Assembly: GCA_003567725.1 (NCBI GenBank)
Contig: PWYU01000088.1
Location: 551-64,550, forward strand
Origin: Syntrophomonadaceae bacterium
GTDB lineage: Bacteria > Bacillota > Dethiobacteria > DTU022
DNA: 64,000 bases
Direction of reading: 5' to 3'
In this document: positions 63,292-64,000 of the stretch, piece after piece
Layout: each line of letters starts with the position of its first letter
Numbering within the stretch: the first letter of the stretch is position 1
Translations under genes and position numbers: made by a program
Notes under the pieces: generated by a model
What the model saw: the letters and a program-made list of their open reading frames with translations, nothing else
The model's database searches: none
What the model was told of the DNA's origin: nothing

Positions 63292-64000
63292 TTACATGGT
63301 ATGCATGTTGCTCAGAAACTCTTCGTTGGAATCAGTTTTCCTGAGGCGATCCATTAGTTTTTCTAAAAACTCAATACTGGTACTGCTACCCATGGCCCTG
63401 CGTAAAGCCCACATTAGCTCAATTTTATGCTCATTAAGCAGCAGCTCTTCTCGACGGGTTCCAGATCGGGAGATGTCGATAGCGGGAAAGATCCGGCGAT
63501 CAGCTATGCGGCGATCAAGGTGGAGCTCCATGTTACCGGTTCCTTTAAATTCTTCATAAACCACATCATCCATCCTGCTTCCTGTATCCACAATCGCTGT
63601 GGCTAAAACGGTCAGGCTCCCTCCCTTATCTATATTTCTGGCAGCGCCAAAAAAGCGCTTGGGTTTGTAAAAAGCACTGGGATCAATACCCCCTGAAAGG
63701 GTCCTGCCACTGGGGGGGATAACCAGGTTATACGCACGAGTAAGCCTGGTAATACTGTCAATCAAAACTGCTACATTCCGGCCTTGTTCAACCAGGCGCT
63801 GAGAACGCTCAAGAACCAGTTCAGCCAGGCGGATATGGTTCTCCGGCTTTTGATCAAAAGTAGAACTCACTACATCGGCATTTACACTGCGCTCCATATC
63901 AGTGACCTCTTCTGGGCGCTCATCAATCAGAAGAATAATTAATTTAATATCTGGATGGTTATACGAAATACTATTGGCAAGCTGCTTTAAAAGCATTGTT
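63292..64000 (-). CDS. rho: Transcription termination factor Rho (3' part; starts beyond the window)
   Basis: [35 protein letters not shown]. Confidence 0.96.
   Translation of the reverse strand, partial: TMLLKQLANSISYNHPDIKLIILLIDERPEEVTDMERSVNADVVSSTFDQKPENHIRLAELVLERSQRLVEQGRNVAVLIDSITRLTRAYNLVIPPSGRTLSGGIDPSAFYKPKRFFGAARNIDKGGSLTVLATAIVDTGSRMDDVVYEEFKGTGNMELHLDRRIADRRIFPAIDISRSGTRREELLLNEHKIELMWALRRAMGSSTSIEFLEKLMDRLRKTDSNEEFLSNMHTM

Overview
64 kb of mostly core chromosome from an anaerobic Firmicute (Bacillota). Gene content and order are Clostridia/Dethiobacteria-like; this assignment is inference. Nearly all genes are on the minus strand. In transcription order they run: rho(partial)-[lctD-lctP]-rpmE-DUF1385-prfA-prmC-(nikR, opposite strand)-Na/Pi symporter-sua5-LMW phosphatase-rpiB-dCMP deaminase, a complete A/V-type ATPase operon with a Na+ signature, gap-cupin PGI, a methanogen-type homocysteine synthesis trio, and tRNA-Thr(CGT). 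Next is a decayed ~2.8 kb tRNA-anchored islet containing a probable UGA-recoded C_GCAxxG_C_C selenoprotein that the ORF track truncates. An accessory block follows: a His kinase, a degenerate sigma54-type regulator, gdhA and a receiver-fused PEP-synthase-like dikinase of unknown function. The remainder is a PLP racemase, MBL hydrolase, coxD/coxE-like pair, cooC, PRTase, fabZ, SAM-I riboswitch-metK, recD2-comF-hpf-hypothetical-secA (with a ~100 aa insertion)-prfB (atypical +1 frameshift site)-yitT-ftsE-ftsX-M23 peptidase-S41 protease-PDZ protein-uvrB(partial). A ~120-150 bp palindromic intergenic repeat family occurs in three good copies plus one degenerate copy. No CRISPR array, rRNA or intact transposase/integrase was seen. 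All calls come from reading the sequence and motifs; no searches were run.
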